A stretch of DNA of 64,000 bases. Source: Cycas panzhihuaensis. Lineage: Eukaryota; Plantae; Cycadophyta. The stretch is taken from positions 220,727,741-220,791,740 of the forward strand of contig CM041465.1 in assembly GCA_023213395.1 (NCBI GenBank), written 5' to 3'. Position numbers and translations under genes: made by a program. A model generated the notes under the pieces. The model was not told where the DNA came from. It saw only the letters and a list, made by a program, of their open reading frames with translations, and did not search any database. Every line of letters starts with the position of its first letter. Position 1 is the stretch's first letter. Shown here in pieces: positions 33,802 through 46,577 of this stretch.

Positions 33802-36800
33802 TGTAGTGAAGGCTTTTATCTTATTTTAGAAATAACACAAAGATTCACAGATACTGATCTAATATATGCTCAACAGATCTCATCAATCTCAAATAAAAAT
33901 GAATATTGGAAATACACCATAAATATCGAAGTAAAGCAATGGAAATAGTACAAATAGAAGATAAATATATTGTCCAAAATAATATTAGAAAGTACAAAAA
34001 TATACAACAAAAAGTCCTTACTGAATGCTTGTCCCTTCAAGGGGGAAATCCTCCAAATATCTCAGGCCAAAAGGCCAAGCCAACTGTAGCCCTAGAGCCG
34101 AAAATATGGAAGAGATCCAACCAAAAATGATGATCAAAAATGAGAGCTTTGATCCCTATTTATATTGGGTAATTTGTGTCCAGCTTGAAGTCAACCAGAA
34201 CTGGGGCAATTCACTGGAAGTGAACCATGAATGAAGTCGGCCAGAAGACAGGCTTACAGGTCAACTAATTCTCCTATTCCTGCACTTATTTCTAGGGTTT
34301 TAGTCGATTGATAGGCCCCTAAAGAGAGGGTTTTCCTGGAACAAGTAGTCCCCCCCGTGAAAAAATGCTTTGCCCTCAAAGCATTAGTAGCTTTGGAAAC
34401 TGTTATATCCACTTGTCTGACTCCCATGTCGCATCTTCTGGATCTAATGTCCACCACTTTATGAGGTACCCTCTGACTTGTCTTGTTCAAAGTTGCCTAG
34501 TGCAAATTTGGAGTATACCTTCTAGTTCTAGTATAATCTTTCCTTCTTCATTGAGTTCTAGTAAGGATGTTTGCGGTACTATCTTGTCGCCAATCATTTT
34601 CTTTAGCCATGAAACATGAAAAATGTAATGGATCTTGCTTGTTGTCAGTAGCTTAAGTTTGTAGGCAACTTTCCTGATCTGTCCAGTGCTTGATATGGTC
34701 CGAAGTATCGAGGAGCGAGCTTCTGTTTATTTGTCGTGCTCAATGATGTTTGTTTGTATGGTTGCAACTGGAGAAAAACCCAGTCGTCCTTTTGGAAGCT
34801 CCTTTCAAATCGTTGTGTGTCTGCTTGTTGCTTCATTCTATTCCTTGCCACCACCAAATTGTCCTTAAGGATTCTAACCGCATCTTCCATCTACTTTTGG
34901 TGTTCTTGAATAGCCTAAACCTGGAACGATCCATTCCATGTCAACAGAGATGGCGGTTGGTATCTATAAAGAGCCTGGAAAGGTGTAATCTTGGTGGAAG
35001 AGTGGTATGTTGCATTATACCACCACTCAACTAAGTGCAACCACTTGTGCCACCTATTTTGTTTATCCAAGCAAAAATTTCTCAATAGCCTTCCAGACAT
35101 ATGTTGACTATCTTTGCCTGTCCATCCATTTGAGAATGATACGTTGTGCTCGTGTAATTTTGTACCTGCAATTCTGAATAAGTCTTTCCAAAATTTGCTA
35201 GTGAACTTTGAGTCCCTATCACTTACAATAGTTTTAGAAAACCTATGTAATCTATGAATTTCTTTCATATATAGTTCTACAACGTCACTTGCCTTTGTTG
35301 TTGACTGTAGCCCTTGAAATGACTATATTTTGTTAATCTATCGATCGTGACAAAGATAGCATCTTTACCTTCTAATTTTTGCAGATCTAAATAAAATCCA
35401 CTAAAATTTCTTCCCACTTTTGGTTGGGAATTGGTAGGGGTCATAGTAGACCCAAGGTCTTTACACATTCTGCCTTGTTTCATTGACAAGTATCGCATTC
35501 TGTCATAAATTTTTGGACGTCTAATTTCAAGCCCTTCCAAAAGTACGATGCTTTTATCTTTTGATATGTCGTCTATACCAGTGTGACCTGCCTCTGGGAC
35601 CGAACGTGCTTCTTGCAATATAATTTTTTTTAATTTGAAATTTTTGAGAGTACAGATTTTGCCATTTCCAAGAATCAGATCGCCCTTTTATTGGTATCTA
35701 TCTGAATCGCTTCCCTTGACGTTATCTAAGAGATTTTGGTATCTTAGATCTGTCATATATTCCATTCTGATGGATTTTAACCATGAGGGCGTAATTGTTG
35801 ATATCAGCGGCAATGAAGGACCTTCCTTTGTTTCATCTGGGATTCGTGATAATGCGTCTGCTATAATATTCTCTTTGCCTTTCTTATATACTATCGTGAA
35901 GTCAAAATTTTATAACTTACTAACCCTTTTTTTTTGCTCATTGGACAATGTCTTCTGTCTGAGGAAGTATTTTAGACTACCATGATCCGTACGCACTTGA
36001 AATGAATTCCCCAGAAGATATTATCGCCATTGTTGGATGGTGTGCGTGATTGCGAGCATCTCCTTATCATAACTTGATTTGAGTTTTTCTTTGTTATTCA
36101 ACTTTCGACTCTCATAAGCTATTAGTCGTTCATCTTGGAGTAAGACTGCCCCTATTCCAAACCCCGATGTGTCACATTCTAGTACGAACGGTTTTGAAAA
36201 TTTGGGGGTTGCTAAGACTAATTGTTACTGTGGCCTTCTTGAGATCACCAAATACTTCTTCTACTCTCGGGTTCCAACCAAACGCCTCTTTCTTGGTTAA
36301 GTCTGTGAGTGGAGTTGCTTGATGTGCATAACCCTTTATGAACTTTCTAACAAATCCTGTCCCCAAGAACCCTCGAACTGATGTAACACTTGTTGGGGTT
36401 GGCCAATTGACAATTGCGTGTATCTTCTTTGGGTCAATGCTTATGCCTTCTATAGTTATGATGTGGCCTAAGTATTCTAGTTCCTTTACAAATGAACATT
36501 TCTTCTTGTTGGCAAAGAATTGATTATCGCGCAGAATTTCAAAAACGATTCTCAGATGTTCTAGATGCTCTTCCCATGTCTTACTATAGATTAAGATATC
36601 ATCGAAGAAAATTAACAAAAATTTGCGTAACACTTGCCTGAAGGTATCGTTCACAGTACACTGAAATGTTGTCGATGCGTCTTATAGATGTCTTCTTCCC
36701 TTACCTAGATTTGATGATATCCTGAGCATAAGTCAATATTTGAGAAATACTTTGCTCCATGGATTTCGTCCAACAAATCGTCAATGCGCAGGATTGGTAC

Positions 36801-39503
36801 CTGTTCTTGACTGTAATTGATTGAGACCACGGTAGTCCACACACATTCTATATGAGTTGTCCTTCTTTGGACTGATAACAACTGGGGCTACAAATGGGCT
36901 TGCGCTGGTGGTAATACTCCCTTGGGATAGTAGTTCATTTATGATTTTCTCAATCTCTTTCCATAAATGATACGGATGCATATAGGGTTGAATGTTGACT
37001 GGTACCACACCTGGTACAAGTTCAATTGCATGCTGATTTTGCCAAAGAGGCGGTAGTCCTTTCGGTTCGTTGAACACTATCTTGTATTCTTCTATAATTT
37101 GTTGAACCTTTGGAGGAATATCCTTGATTTTGACCTTATAGCATGTCATATATATTGATGGGTTTTTTCTAGGGAGTTTCTCTATTCGATGTGATGAAAC
37201 CAACTGTACCGGTGCCGTTGGCAATGCCTACAATCTATATTTATGCCCTTCCTGGCAAAAGCGCATAAATCTGGTCATATAATTAGTGGCTAGATTGCCC
37301 AATGTTTGAAGCCACTAAATTCCCAATACTGCGCCTACGTCATCGATTTCATTGCAAACATGCATGCATTTGTGGAATATTCGCTCATTTGTAAGTTGAT
37401 TTTTTTACAAAAACCTCCACACAGTGTTGTTTTCCCATTAACAACTGATACTTGGAATGTGTTTATTGGTTCTATTTTAATTCCAAGCTTCTTTGCAGTT
37501 GCCATGTTTATAAAGTTGTGCGTACTGCCATTGTCGACTAGTATTATGACAGACGCTTCTTTTATCATCCCTTGGAACCAGAGCGTTTGTGGGGTGGTAC
37601 TTTGTCCTGTAATTGCTTGTAGTGATGTGTATGTTTTTTGTATCTAGCTCCAACAGTTCATCTTCTTCTAGCTTTTCTTCGACTTCCTCATGAATTTCTT
37701 CAGGTGCTTCTTCTTCTTGCTCCGATATTGTTGTACCTTCAGTATTAATCATGTATACCTTTTTCTCGATGCATTGATGTTCGCGGTTCCACTTTGAACC
37801 ACATTTGAAACAAGTTCCATTCTTTATATGTTCTTCTTCCGTTGTTGTCTCTTAATTATTTCTAACTGCTAAAGGACCCTCAGCTTTGGTTCCTAACCTG
37901 TTAAATCCCTACAAGCTTTTTGATCTGCGTGTGAAAGTAGGCCTAGTCTCCTGCAGTTCTACTTCCACGCATCTTGCTATCTTGATTGCTAAATCCAATG
38001 TTGGTGCCTCCATTGCTTTTAGACGATATCTTATTAGAGGTTTCAATCCGCTAATGTATGTTTCCAGAAGGAGTTCTAGTGGCACTGTTCACAGAATTAG
38101 ACATTGTAACACTTGAAATTGTTCAGTAAACTCTTTGACTGAGCCTGTTTGCTGTAATCTTGTCAACTGGGCGAAATAGTTCGTACTCCATGAATCTTCA
38201 TATTGGGTTATGAGGACATGCTTTATGTTGTGCCAGCTTTCTGCTTGTTTTCCACTTGCCCGAAGCCACCACGAATACCATTTCAAAGCTCGACCATACA
38301 AATGTAGTGATGCCAAGGATACTTGCTCGTTTTTCGATATTGCGTAGACTGAGAAATAGGTCTTCATTCATAAAATCAATTCCCTTATATCTCTTGATTT
38401 ATCGGGGTCAAAGTTTTCTAGGGTGACCTTTGCCATTGTTACCCCATCGTTACTTTTTCGCCTTTGATATTCTCCTCCTCTTTTAAATCTTCCTTTGAAA
38501 TTACTTGTAGTTTCTTGTTCTATTTTGCCTAAAGGAGCTAGGTTTATCCATTCCTTTTTGTGTATGGCCCATATTGGTTCTGCTCGAGGTTCGTCCAACT
38601 TGAGGTTAATTCTATCCATGAGGGCTATGAGATTAGCTAGAGAAGCTAGGATTTCCTTTCCTACTTCGTTTGTGGTGGTTTGGTCCTAACTGAATTGGCC
38701 TTAGGTAGTCAACATCTTCCTTCGCACTATAATCTTCTTAGAGCGTAACTTCGTTTGGCCTCCTCTTAAGTTCCACGAGGGGGAGGGTGGGCAAAAATTT
38801 CACTTACTTCTCGCCAAAATGTCACTTCCTTCCTTGCAGGACTGACTGTTGTGAATGTGAGTAGATTGTCCAAATCCCCTTGAAAAAAAAAAATCGACTA
38901 TATTCTCAGAAGGCACTCTTCAACAGGTTAGCTTCAATGAAACTCTAACACCACATGTAGTGGAGCCTTTTATCTCATTTCGGAAATAACATAGAAATTC
39001 ACAGATACTAATCTAATATATGCTCAACAGAACTCATCAATCTCAAATAAAAATGAATACTGGAAATACACCATAAATATCGAAGTAAAGCAATGGAAAT
39101 AGTACAAATAGAAGGTAAACATATTATCCAAAATAGTACTGGAAAGTACAAAAATATACAACAGAAATTCCTTACAGAATACTTGTCCCTTCGAGGTGGG
39201 AATCCTCCAAATATCTCAGGCCAAAAGGCTGACGCTGACTGCAGCCCTAGAGACAAAAATATGGAAGAGATCCAACTGAAAATGATGATTAAGAATGAGG
39301 GCTTTGATCCCTATTTATATTGGTTAATTTGTGTCCAGCTTGAAGTTGGCCAAAACTTGGACAGTTCACTAGAAGTGAACCATGAATGAAGTCGACCAGA
39401 AGACAAGCTTACAAGTCTGCTAATTCTGCTATTCCTGCACTCATTTCTAAGGTTTTAGTCGACTAACAGGCCCCTAAAGAGAGGGTTTTCCTGAAACACA
39501 ATA
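33802..39503 (-). mobile_element. E7: chromovirus (Reina-like) Gypsy nested in E6 pol; LTRs 33802-~34347 and 38956-39503
   Basis: LTRs start TGTAGTG; TSD ATTTA/ATTTG. Removing E7 restores the E6 reading WYKAMAYYL-STRQTP. Degenerate PBS at ~38942-38953; G-run PPT at ~34349. gag (FDPDKSRDIRE), PR (ILVDNGSTHNFI), RT (FFDDILIYS), IN and chromodomain remnants. Confidence 0.93.
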
Positions 39504-40722
39504 ATTTGTCAACAAGACAAACACCAATTGGACTGAAACAAGTTGAACGACAAAGTTTCATTAGAAAGACATTTTCATATCAATTGATCCAAGGAATGTT
39601 AGATAAACTTGGGCTTGGTGGAGTCTTGAGACAATGTATACTAGAACATGAAGTGGAAGTTGTGGTACAAGAAGCCCATGAAGGAGTTGCAGCCAAACAT
39701 CAAAGTACAGAGCTAACTGCTAGAAACATTTTGCTAGCAAGATTACGATGACCCACGCTATTTGAAGATGTGGATAAATGGGTCAAAGCCTGTGATGTTT
39801 GCTAAAGAGTGGACAAACCAGAAAAACTTCACTTCATGCCCTTACATCTAATTTTTAATAGGAGACCCATTTGAGAAGTGGGGGTTGGATTTCATAGGAC
39901 CAATGAGCCCGCCAGTGAAAAGAATGAATGCTAGCTATATTCACATTGATATTGATTTTTTGACCAAGTCGATAAAAGCGAAGCCTATGAAAATTTGTGA
40001 TGCTTGTCGTACTACATGTTTTCTTCACAGAATAACAATTGTTCGTTTTGGATGCCCACTTGAAATTGTATCATATTAGAATAGCAATTTTTTTAAATCA
40101 TACAATTCAACACCTTACTACAGAATTCCTAATCCAGCATAAAAGGTCTTCACCATATTACCCAAGGGCTAACGGTCAGGTGGAAAGTACAAATAAAATT
40201 CTCTTAACAAAGATTTGTAACGAAGGTAGGACAGACTAGGCAAAACGATTGCATTCGGTTCTATGGGCAGATAGAACGACAATAAAGAGACCCCATAAGC
40301 AAACACCACTTCAATTGGTGTATGGTCTAGAAGTTGTCGTTCCCATAGAATTCCAATCGAAAAGTCTGCAAACAGTCCAATTGAGAATGGAAGAAGGAAA
40401 TTCTAGAGAGTAGTGGCTCATAGAACTAATGAAATTAGACAAACGACAAACAAGAGCATTATGGGTAATCAAGATGTAAAAAACCTGTCGTAAGGCCTGG
40501 TATGATAGACATCTGAGAGCACCCCAATTCCAAGTTGGCGATTTAGTGTTGTTGTATGATAACAAGTTTTGACTTAAACTGAGAAAGATGAAGTTTAGAT
40601 GGTTGGGTCCATACAAAGTGGACCAAATTGGGTAAAATGGAATTGTTCAACTCAGACAACTCAACAATTCTCCCATGCTTAAACCAATAAATGGTAGTCA
40701 ACTCAAGCCATATAGGTACTTG
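39504..40722 (+). pseudogene. E6 integrase (zinc-binding, core and C-terminal parts)
   Basis: EAHEGVAAKH...[59 protein letters not shown]. Confidence 0.9.
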
Positions 40723-41188
40723 AAAAAAAAAAATGCAAACCAAATGGACAAATTTGCTCTCTCATGATGATGATGCGATTGGCGAGGTCGCAATCCAGCA
40801 AAAGATCAAAGATGGAAAGTCACTGATGGAATCCTACCAACATTTAGTAGTCGGAAGATGAACTGTCAGATTTTCCATGAGGACATCATTAAAAGCATAT
40901 AATGATCGCGACATATGATTACGAAGTGCAACGTGCAAAAGATAACCTCATAATCACAATTTACTACTCACTACCAAGGATGTGACAAGATACTGAAGGT
41001 TGTTAATTATAATGACAAGTCTCAAGTCACATCAATGTCATCATGGACGTGGTTATAATTCCCCAAACCAAAATTGGTAAAATCATTACATTTTGTTCAG
41101 AAGTTAAGGACAATTTCAACCTGTCACAAATTGTCGCGCAATTTATCTATATGCATTGAAAGGAACAGTAAGCAATCTGGCAGTTACC

Positions 41189-43004
41189 ATGGCCGATGGA
41201 GACAATTTTCTGCAAATTAATAACAATTTTTGAGAGACGAATGATGCCAAAATTCATGTTGAATGGTTAGCCATGCAGAAAAATGACTCCTGTAAGAAAG
41301 CATTGACAAATGCAGAAATTTCTAAATATATTATGGTAGGCATACTTTCAATCGCATTTAATTTTTTTATGATTGTAACATCAATGATGGCTATGCACCC
41401 CTCCATTTTGGACTTCTCTGCAAGGGCAATTGCATGGCTTATAAGTTTGCTCAATGAAGGATAGGACATTCCACGTGACAAGCAAATTCAGACAAAACAA
41501 GCAACGAAAAATAATTGAGCAAGTATGGCGAATGTTTCCAGCTCTGGTATTAGCATCTCTAGGATCCATTCAAAGGAGCATTAGTGGATTGCTCACTTTC
41601 TTTTCACAAGAGTCATTCTAAGCCAAAAAAGCCTATTTGTACCAATTCTTTTCACAAGAGCCATTCTAAGCCAAAAAAGCCTATTTGTACCAACTAATCT
41701 CCCCTCAACATCGTTATGCATAACGAAAGGAACTTAGTTAATTGGGTCAATTTTGTCTAGAAAAGACTCTAGAAAAAATTAGAGAGTGTGAAAAATGCAG
41801 GATAGTCAATGATGTTTTCCTGCCCAACATTGTTGCAAAGTCTTTTATTCTCACAATGTCCAGAAGTTCATTTACCTGCCCCCGAAAATGGCCAAACTCC
41901 ACTGGCAAAACAGATTGAGACTTTTGGCAAGGATAATTCTCAGGACCAGATATTAATTTAGGTGCAGGAGTAGGTGAAGAATTAGTTGCTTACGCAATGG
42001 TAGAAAGCGGCTTAGGAATCATCTCCACCTAGGATAGCGATTTCTGAAGAAGAGAAGACCATGAGAAGATGGGTCCTCGTAGGTAATGGATGAACAGTAG
42101 GAAAAGGAAATGAAGCAAGAGGAAATGAAAAAGGAAGAAGAGAAAAGAGAACATATTAAGATAGGGAAACGAAAGGTGGAACTTGAGTTGCCAACAGTTG
42201 CAAAAAAAGAAAAACAATCACATCTTGCACCAATGCATACTGGACCTGTAGAATCAGAACATGAACAATAGTAGCGTAAGAAATTAGTTGCAGAAAAGCA
42301 AAAGCAAGAGATTATTGAATGCATTAACCAATAACCTGTAGAGTTTGAGGTCTACACAGATGAACGAATTTTGGAAGAAGGGTTGGATCCAATGGAATGC
42401 GATCCTTAAGATGTTTCACAATGAAAAACATCCTTTTTGGGATGGGTGACTAGACAGCTAGTTGTAGAGCTAGAGGAACGTTTGCAGAGGCTAACAATGG
42501 ACCTGCAACGAATTGCTCGACTAGAGGAAAAGCTACAAGCTACAAAAGGAAAATTAGAATTTTTAAAGAAATTTATTGTTGAATGGATGGATGATGTGAA
42601 TGAGGTAAACCCATGATTAAAAAAATTCAAGAAGCAGTTTAATGAACAAATCCCCACAGATTTACAAGATGTAATTTATTAACTGGGAAGCTTGGATATT
42701 AAAGAGTGGTGAAGAATCCAAACAAAGTAGTAAAGTTTTGAGTTCAATTTGCACTTATAGATCTAAGTTGCAGACCCTATAGACTATAGATTAAGAATTG
42801 TACAAGGAGATAACCCATCTACAGTCGAAGGAATTACCCAATATGAGACAATTGGATGCACTTCATGATGTCATGATTTTGTGTGATTACATTAAGTCCA
42901 AAGGGCTACCACTTCCTCCTATGACTATATGGCAAGATCATTTGTACATTAAGAGAGGAGTGGCCAAATTGAAAGAAGTTAGAAAGGAGGGGGGTGGAAA
43001 TTGA
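41189..43004 (+). pseudogene. E6 extra ORF downstream of integrase (env position), degenerate, function unknown
   Basis: Starts MADGDNFLQ...WLAMQKNDSCKKALTNAEI, has a VNWVNFV.KRL motif (~41737), an E/K-rich region (42100-42320) and a coiled-coil-like region (42450-42570); ends near the PPT. Confidence 0.6.
41598..41693. repeat. 48-bp in-frame tandem duplication in the E6 extra ORF
   Basis: ttcttttcacaagag(t/c)cattctaagccaaaaaagcctatttgtaccaa x2. Confidence 0.95.
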
Positions 43005-45415
43005 TAGAATGGGGAAATTTTGAAGTTTTGTGCAATTGAGGACGCTCATTGGTTTTGTGACAAGGGAGATGTGTGCAAAAAATAAGTCACAAAGATTCAA
43101 AGGGTTTTTTAAGACAAAATAGTGTATAATTTCAATTTTGGGTTGTAATTCAAACTACAACTATGTGTGACCAAGTGCAACCAAGGCACAATTAAGTGTA
43201 ACTAGACGTAATCAAGTGTGAACAGGTACAACTTGAAGTGCAACTAGGTATGACCAAGTGCAACTGGGTACGACTTGGAGTACAAGCAGATTGCGAATAT
43301 TGTACGACCAAGTCACACTATTGCAATAGAAGTACGACCTAGAATGCAACCAAAATTGTAATTAAAAGATAATCGAAAACTTATCTCCATGTGAACACTA
43401 TGTAACAATTAAAGTTAGTTAGAACAACCAAGTGGTTGATGTCCCCCTTATTATGCCCCCTATCAAACTTATTTCAATTTTCATCTGCCATGCATTTCTC
43501 TCTTTTTCCTAACCTCTCTCATCTCATATCAACCTCGCATAACCTCTCAGCTCTTGCATATCCTTGCCCCTGCATCCCTCTCTTACAATGCATAAATCAC
43601 TTGTTATGACCCCTATCAAACCTATTTCCAATTTTCATCTCCCATGCATTTCTCTTTTCTTCCTAACCTCTCTCATCTCATGTCAACCTCCCATAACCTT
43701 TCCACTCTTGCATATCCTTGTTACAACATCTTCACCCATACTGAATATTTGCCATATTCCCAATGCCATATTTCTCACTTTCTTCTTGTTAGACCTCCTA
43801 CATACCCTTAAATCCCTTATTTTCAGCCAAAACCCCCATGTTTCTTACCTCTAAATCACTCTTTTGGCCCACATCCTTCCCTCTAAGCCATCATCTCTCT
43901 ATAAGCATTAACACCCTATTCTCTACTAGTCTCTCTCTAAATTCTTTGTTCACAAAGGACTGTTATCCTACCAACCAACTGCAATCTTATTTATGAGACC
44001 ACGACCATATTACCTGATTTTCGCTACTTATTCACTATGTGACAATGTTAATGTCACATGGTTATTTCATAAAGTTAGAATTAGATAAAGTCACTTTTAT
44101 GTTTATAACTTTAGGATAAAGTGACTATGCTTAAGTCACTTAAGTGAAATGACAAAGTTCATTTCATTGTAATTTCATGTAATCTCATTTGAATGTCATT
44201 AGGAGGGAAAACTCAAATTCCAAACCCTAATATAAACTGAAATTACATGGAGAGTGATCATATTCTACACTTCTCCTCTTTGAACTCAAGCTATTAACAT
44301 TTCTCTTGTTGAGTACAATGTGCTTGTCTCCACTATTTGCCATTGTGTAGTGTTAGTGCACTAGATCCCTAGATCCATTCCCTCAATAAGTGGTATCAGA
44401 GCCATTGGGTGGATCTTAGTGCCACACTCACTTGCAAGGAGATTGCAAGCTATGTTCTCCTCTTCTTCACCATCCATGTGAAGTGAAGAGTTGAGATTTT
44501 TTTAAAATCCATTTTTTAAAGTTCCTTTTATAACAGATTTTTAGTACAAAATTGTATGTTGTACTATTTTATTTCTGCAGATAAGAGGAAGGAGTGTGGC
44601 TGCCTAAAAGCAACCTATTTCTAGGCCTAAAAAGAGCACAGGAATTGTTCATCTTATAGCAATTTTCAACCATCTTTTTTAACCCCAAATCTAGCATTTT
44701 TGGCCTATTTTTTGCCCATTTTTGCAATAAAAATCAGATTTTCAAATTGCAGAAGAAAAAATCAGTGATTTTCACTGATTAGAAACAGATTTTGAAGTAA
44801 AAAATCAAATTGTACAGACGGTGTACGGATTGTACGAAATTTCATACAGCGGTACAGTCAAAAAATCAAAGTGCTCAGAATCGCACGAAATTTCACCAAT
44901 AGGTGCATTTTGGCATCCTAAACACTTTTGTCTACTGGAGTGATGCGAGATTTTGAAGCTAAAGGGATCAAACAACCTATTTTATGCAGCCACCTTCCAA
45001 ATTTAAAAATCTCACATCTAGAAAAATCTAAAGAGTTTTTTCCTGTTGTAATACATTTTTTTGACCTCATCGTCCCGATCTATCATTCGGGACAGGTCTC
45101 GCATGAATCCGATGCTTTGTTGAAAAGTTATAAGCATTTTTGGGTTTTGCAGTACATTTTAGCTGCGAACTAAAACAGGCCATTTTGCTTGTTTTTGATA
45201 AGATTTTTCAAAAAATTTTGTATATTTGTAAAGTGCAGGTGAAGGGCAACAAATCTGAAAATTTTTAATTTTTAAAAAAAATTTTGAAATTTGTGCCATA
45301 TATAATCAGATAATAGGCGGTACAATCGCCCAGACTTAGACTTTATTTTGAATATTTGATTTTTCAGCGTACATTGTATTTCTGAAATATTTAATTTTTT
45401 CTCCCCTTCATTTAA

Positions 45416-45418
<3 letters not shown>

Positions 45419-45466
<48 letters not shown>
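45419..45466. repeat. (AT)n microsatellite in the E8 leader
   Basis: Directly visible. Confidence 0.95.
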
Positions 45467-45472
<6 letters not shown>

Positions 45473-46577
45473 ATGTAAGAGGAATTTTTTTAAGACATTT
45501 ATAGCCTTTTTGGCTTTTGGAGGCCTATTTTGGCCCTTTTGTAAAACGAACAAGGCACTTAAATATTTTGTACTAGCCAATCATCTGGATCGGAGCAATA
45601 TCCGATGTTTTGGCTCATCATGTGTATGATTTTAATGGTTGCATGCACTTGGAGACCTCATTGAGTGCCACTTGGACACATAGAGTGCCATTTGGGCACT
45701 AGGTGGACACGTCATCACTACACTTGAACACAGCAACAACACTTAAGTGAAACATTTACATTCATTTACATTCAATTTTCAGTCATTTTTACATGTCATT
45801 CGAGAACAAGAGCACTTTCCTTAAAATCAACTCATCTCGACGACTTTATAACACAAGTTCTTGACTTGTGCGCATACTCGCCTTGGCTGAAATAGACCAA
45901 GGTTGGCCGAAGTCCAGGCCCAAAGGGAGGTGTGAGTTTCATACTGGGTCTGGTCATAACTGGTATAGTGGTGGAAAGACAGGTTAGCCATGCCTACGAC
46001 CTCCAATCAGGGATTATCCTGATAACCATCCAGGAAAACTAAAAACCCTTAATCAAGATAATTAATTTAGTTGAGCCAATATCCGTCATAGCTGTAGAAC
46101 ATGCACATACTTCTTTTCGGAGAGTATATCGCAGCCTCATTGGTGAACGGGGTGAGGACTAGTAGTACCTAGGCTCCACGTTTACTTGGATTTCATCACC
46201 AAGGAACGGTGTGGCTATCGCGGATGAAGGCCATTAATTACATATACTAGAAACCCTCGTAGGCATCGACACCTCACCTACTTTGGACACAAGTTAGAGG
46301 TTTGGGTTTGTTACACATCCTACATCACGTTGGTTATCAGTTGTGTGCACCCACATGCCGGCTTCTATATAGGCCTTCTCACTTATCCTAATTAGATCAT
46401 TTACATCACATACTTATTTGTGATCTCTTTGCTTCCACATCTTACATTGTATTACTTGATTATTCCTTGCCACGTCAGGTAGACCTGTCACAAGTGTCAG
46501 TGACTCCACTTTCTTCTACTTAGTGCGTTTTCATACACATTTATATATATCACTCTTATTCATCTTTTCACACCACC

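Larger units (their letters stand above)
27761..43436 (+). mobile_element. E6: large non-chromovirus Ty3/Gypsy (Phygy/Selgy/Athila-like RT); 5' LTR 27761-28464, 3' LTR from 43070, cut at about 43436
   Basis: Both LTRs start TGTGTGCAA.AAATAAGTCAC. The 5' LTR ends ACACACA and is followed by a degenerate Asp-type PBS; PPT AAGGGAGA. Gag ~29300-29560, zinc knuckle CEECGPTDHEWANC (~30340), PR ILVDGGSSV (~30880), RT (PYRMNPNY, VDYRALN, YRVMPFGL), RH, integrase from 39504. No chromodomain. Confidence 0.9.

Noticed and set aside
33906-34234. Paired ORFs at 33906-34234 and 39093-39389 (similarly 51111 and 61412)
   Set aside because: Incidental ORFs inside LTR pairs, not duplicated genes.
44033-44037. 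CACTA pentamer suggesting a CACTA DNA transposon end
   Set aside because: It is the direct target-site duplication of E8 (repeated at 62793-62797), not an inverted terminus.
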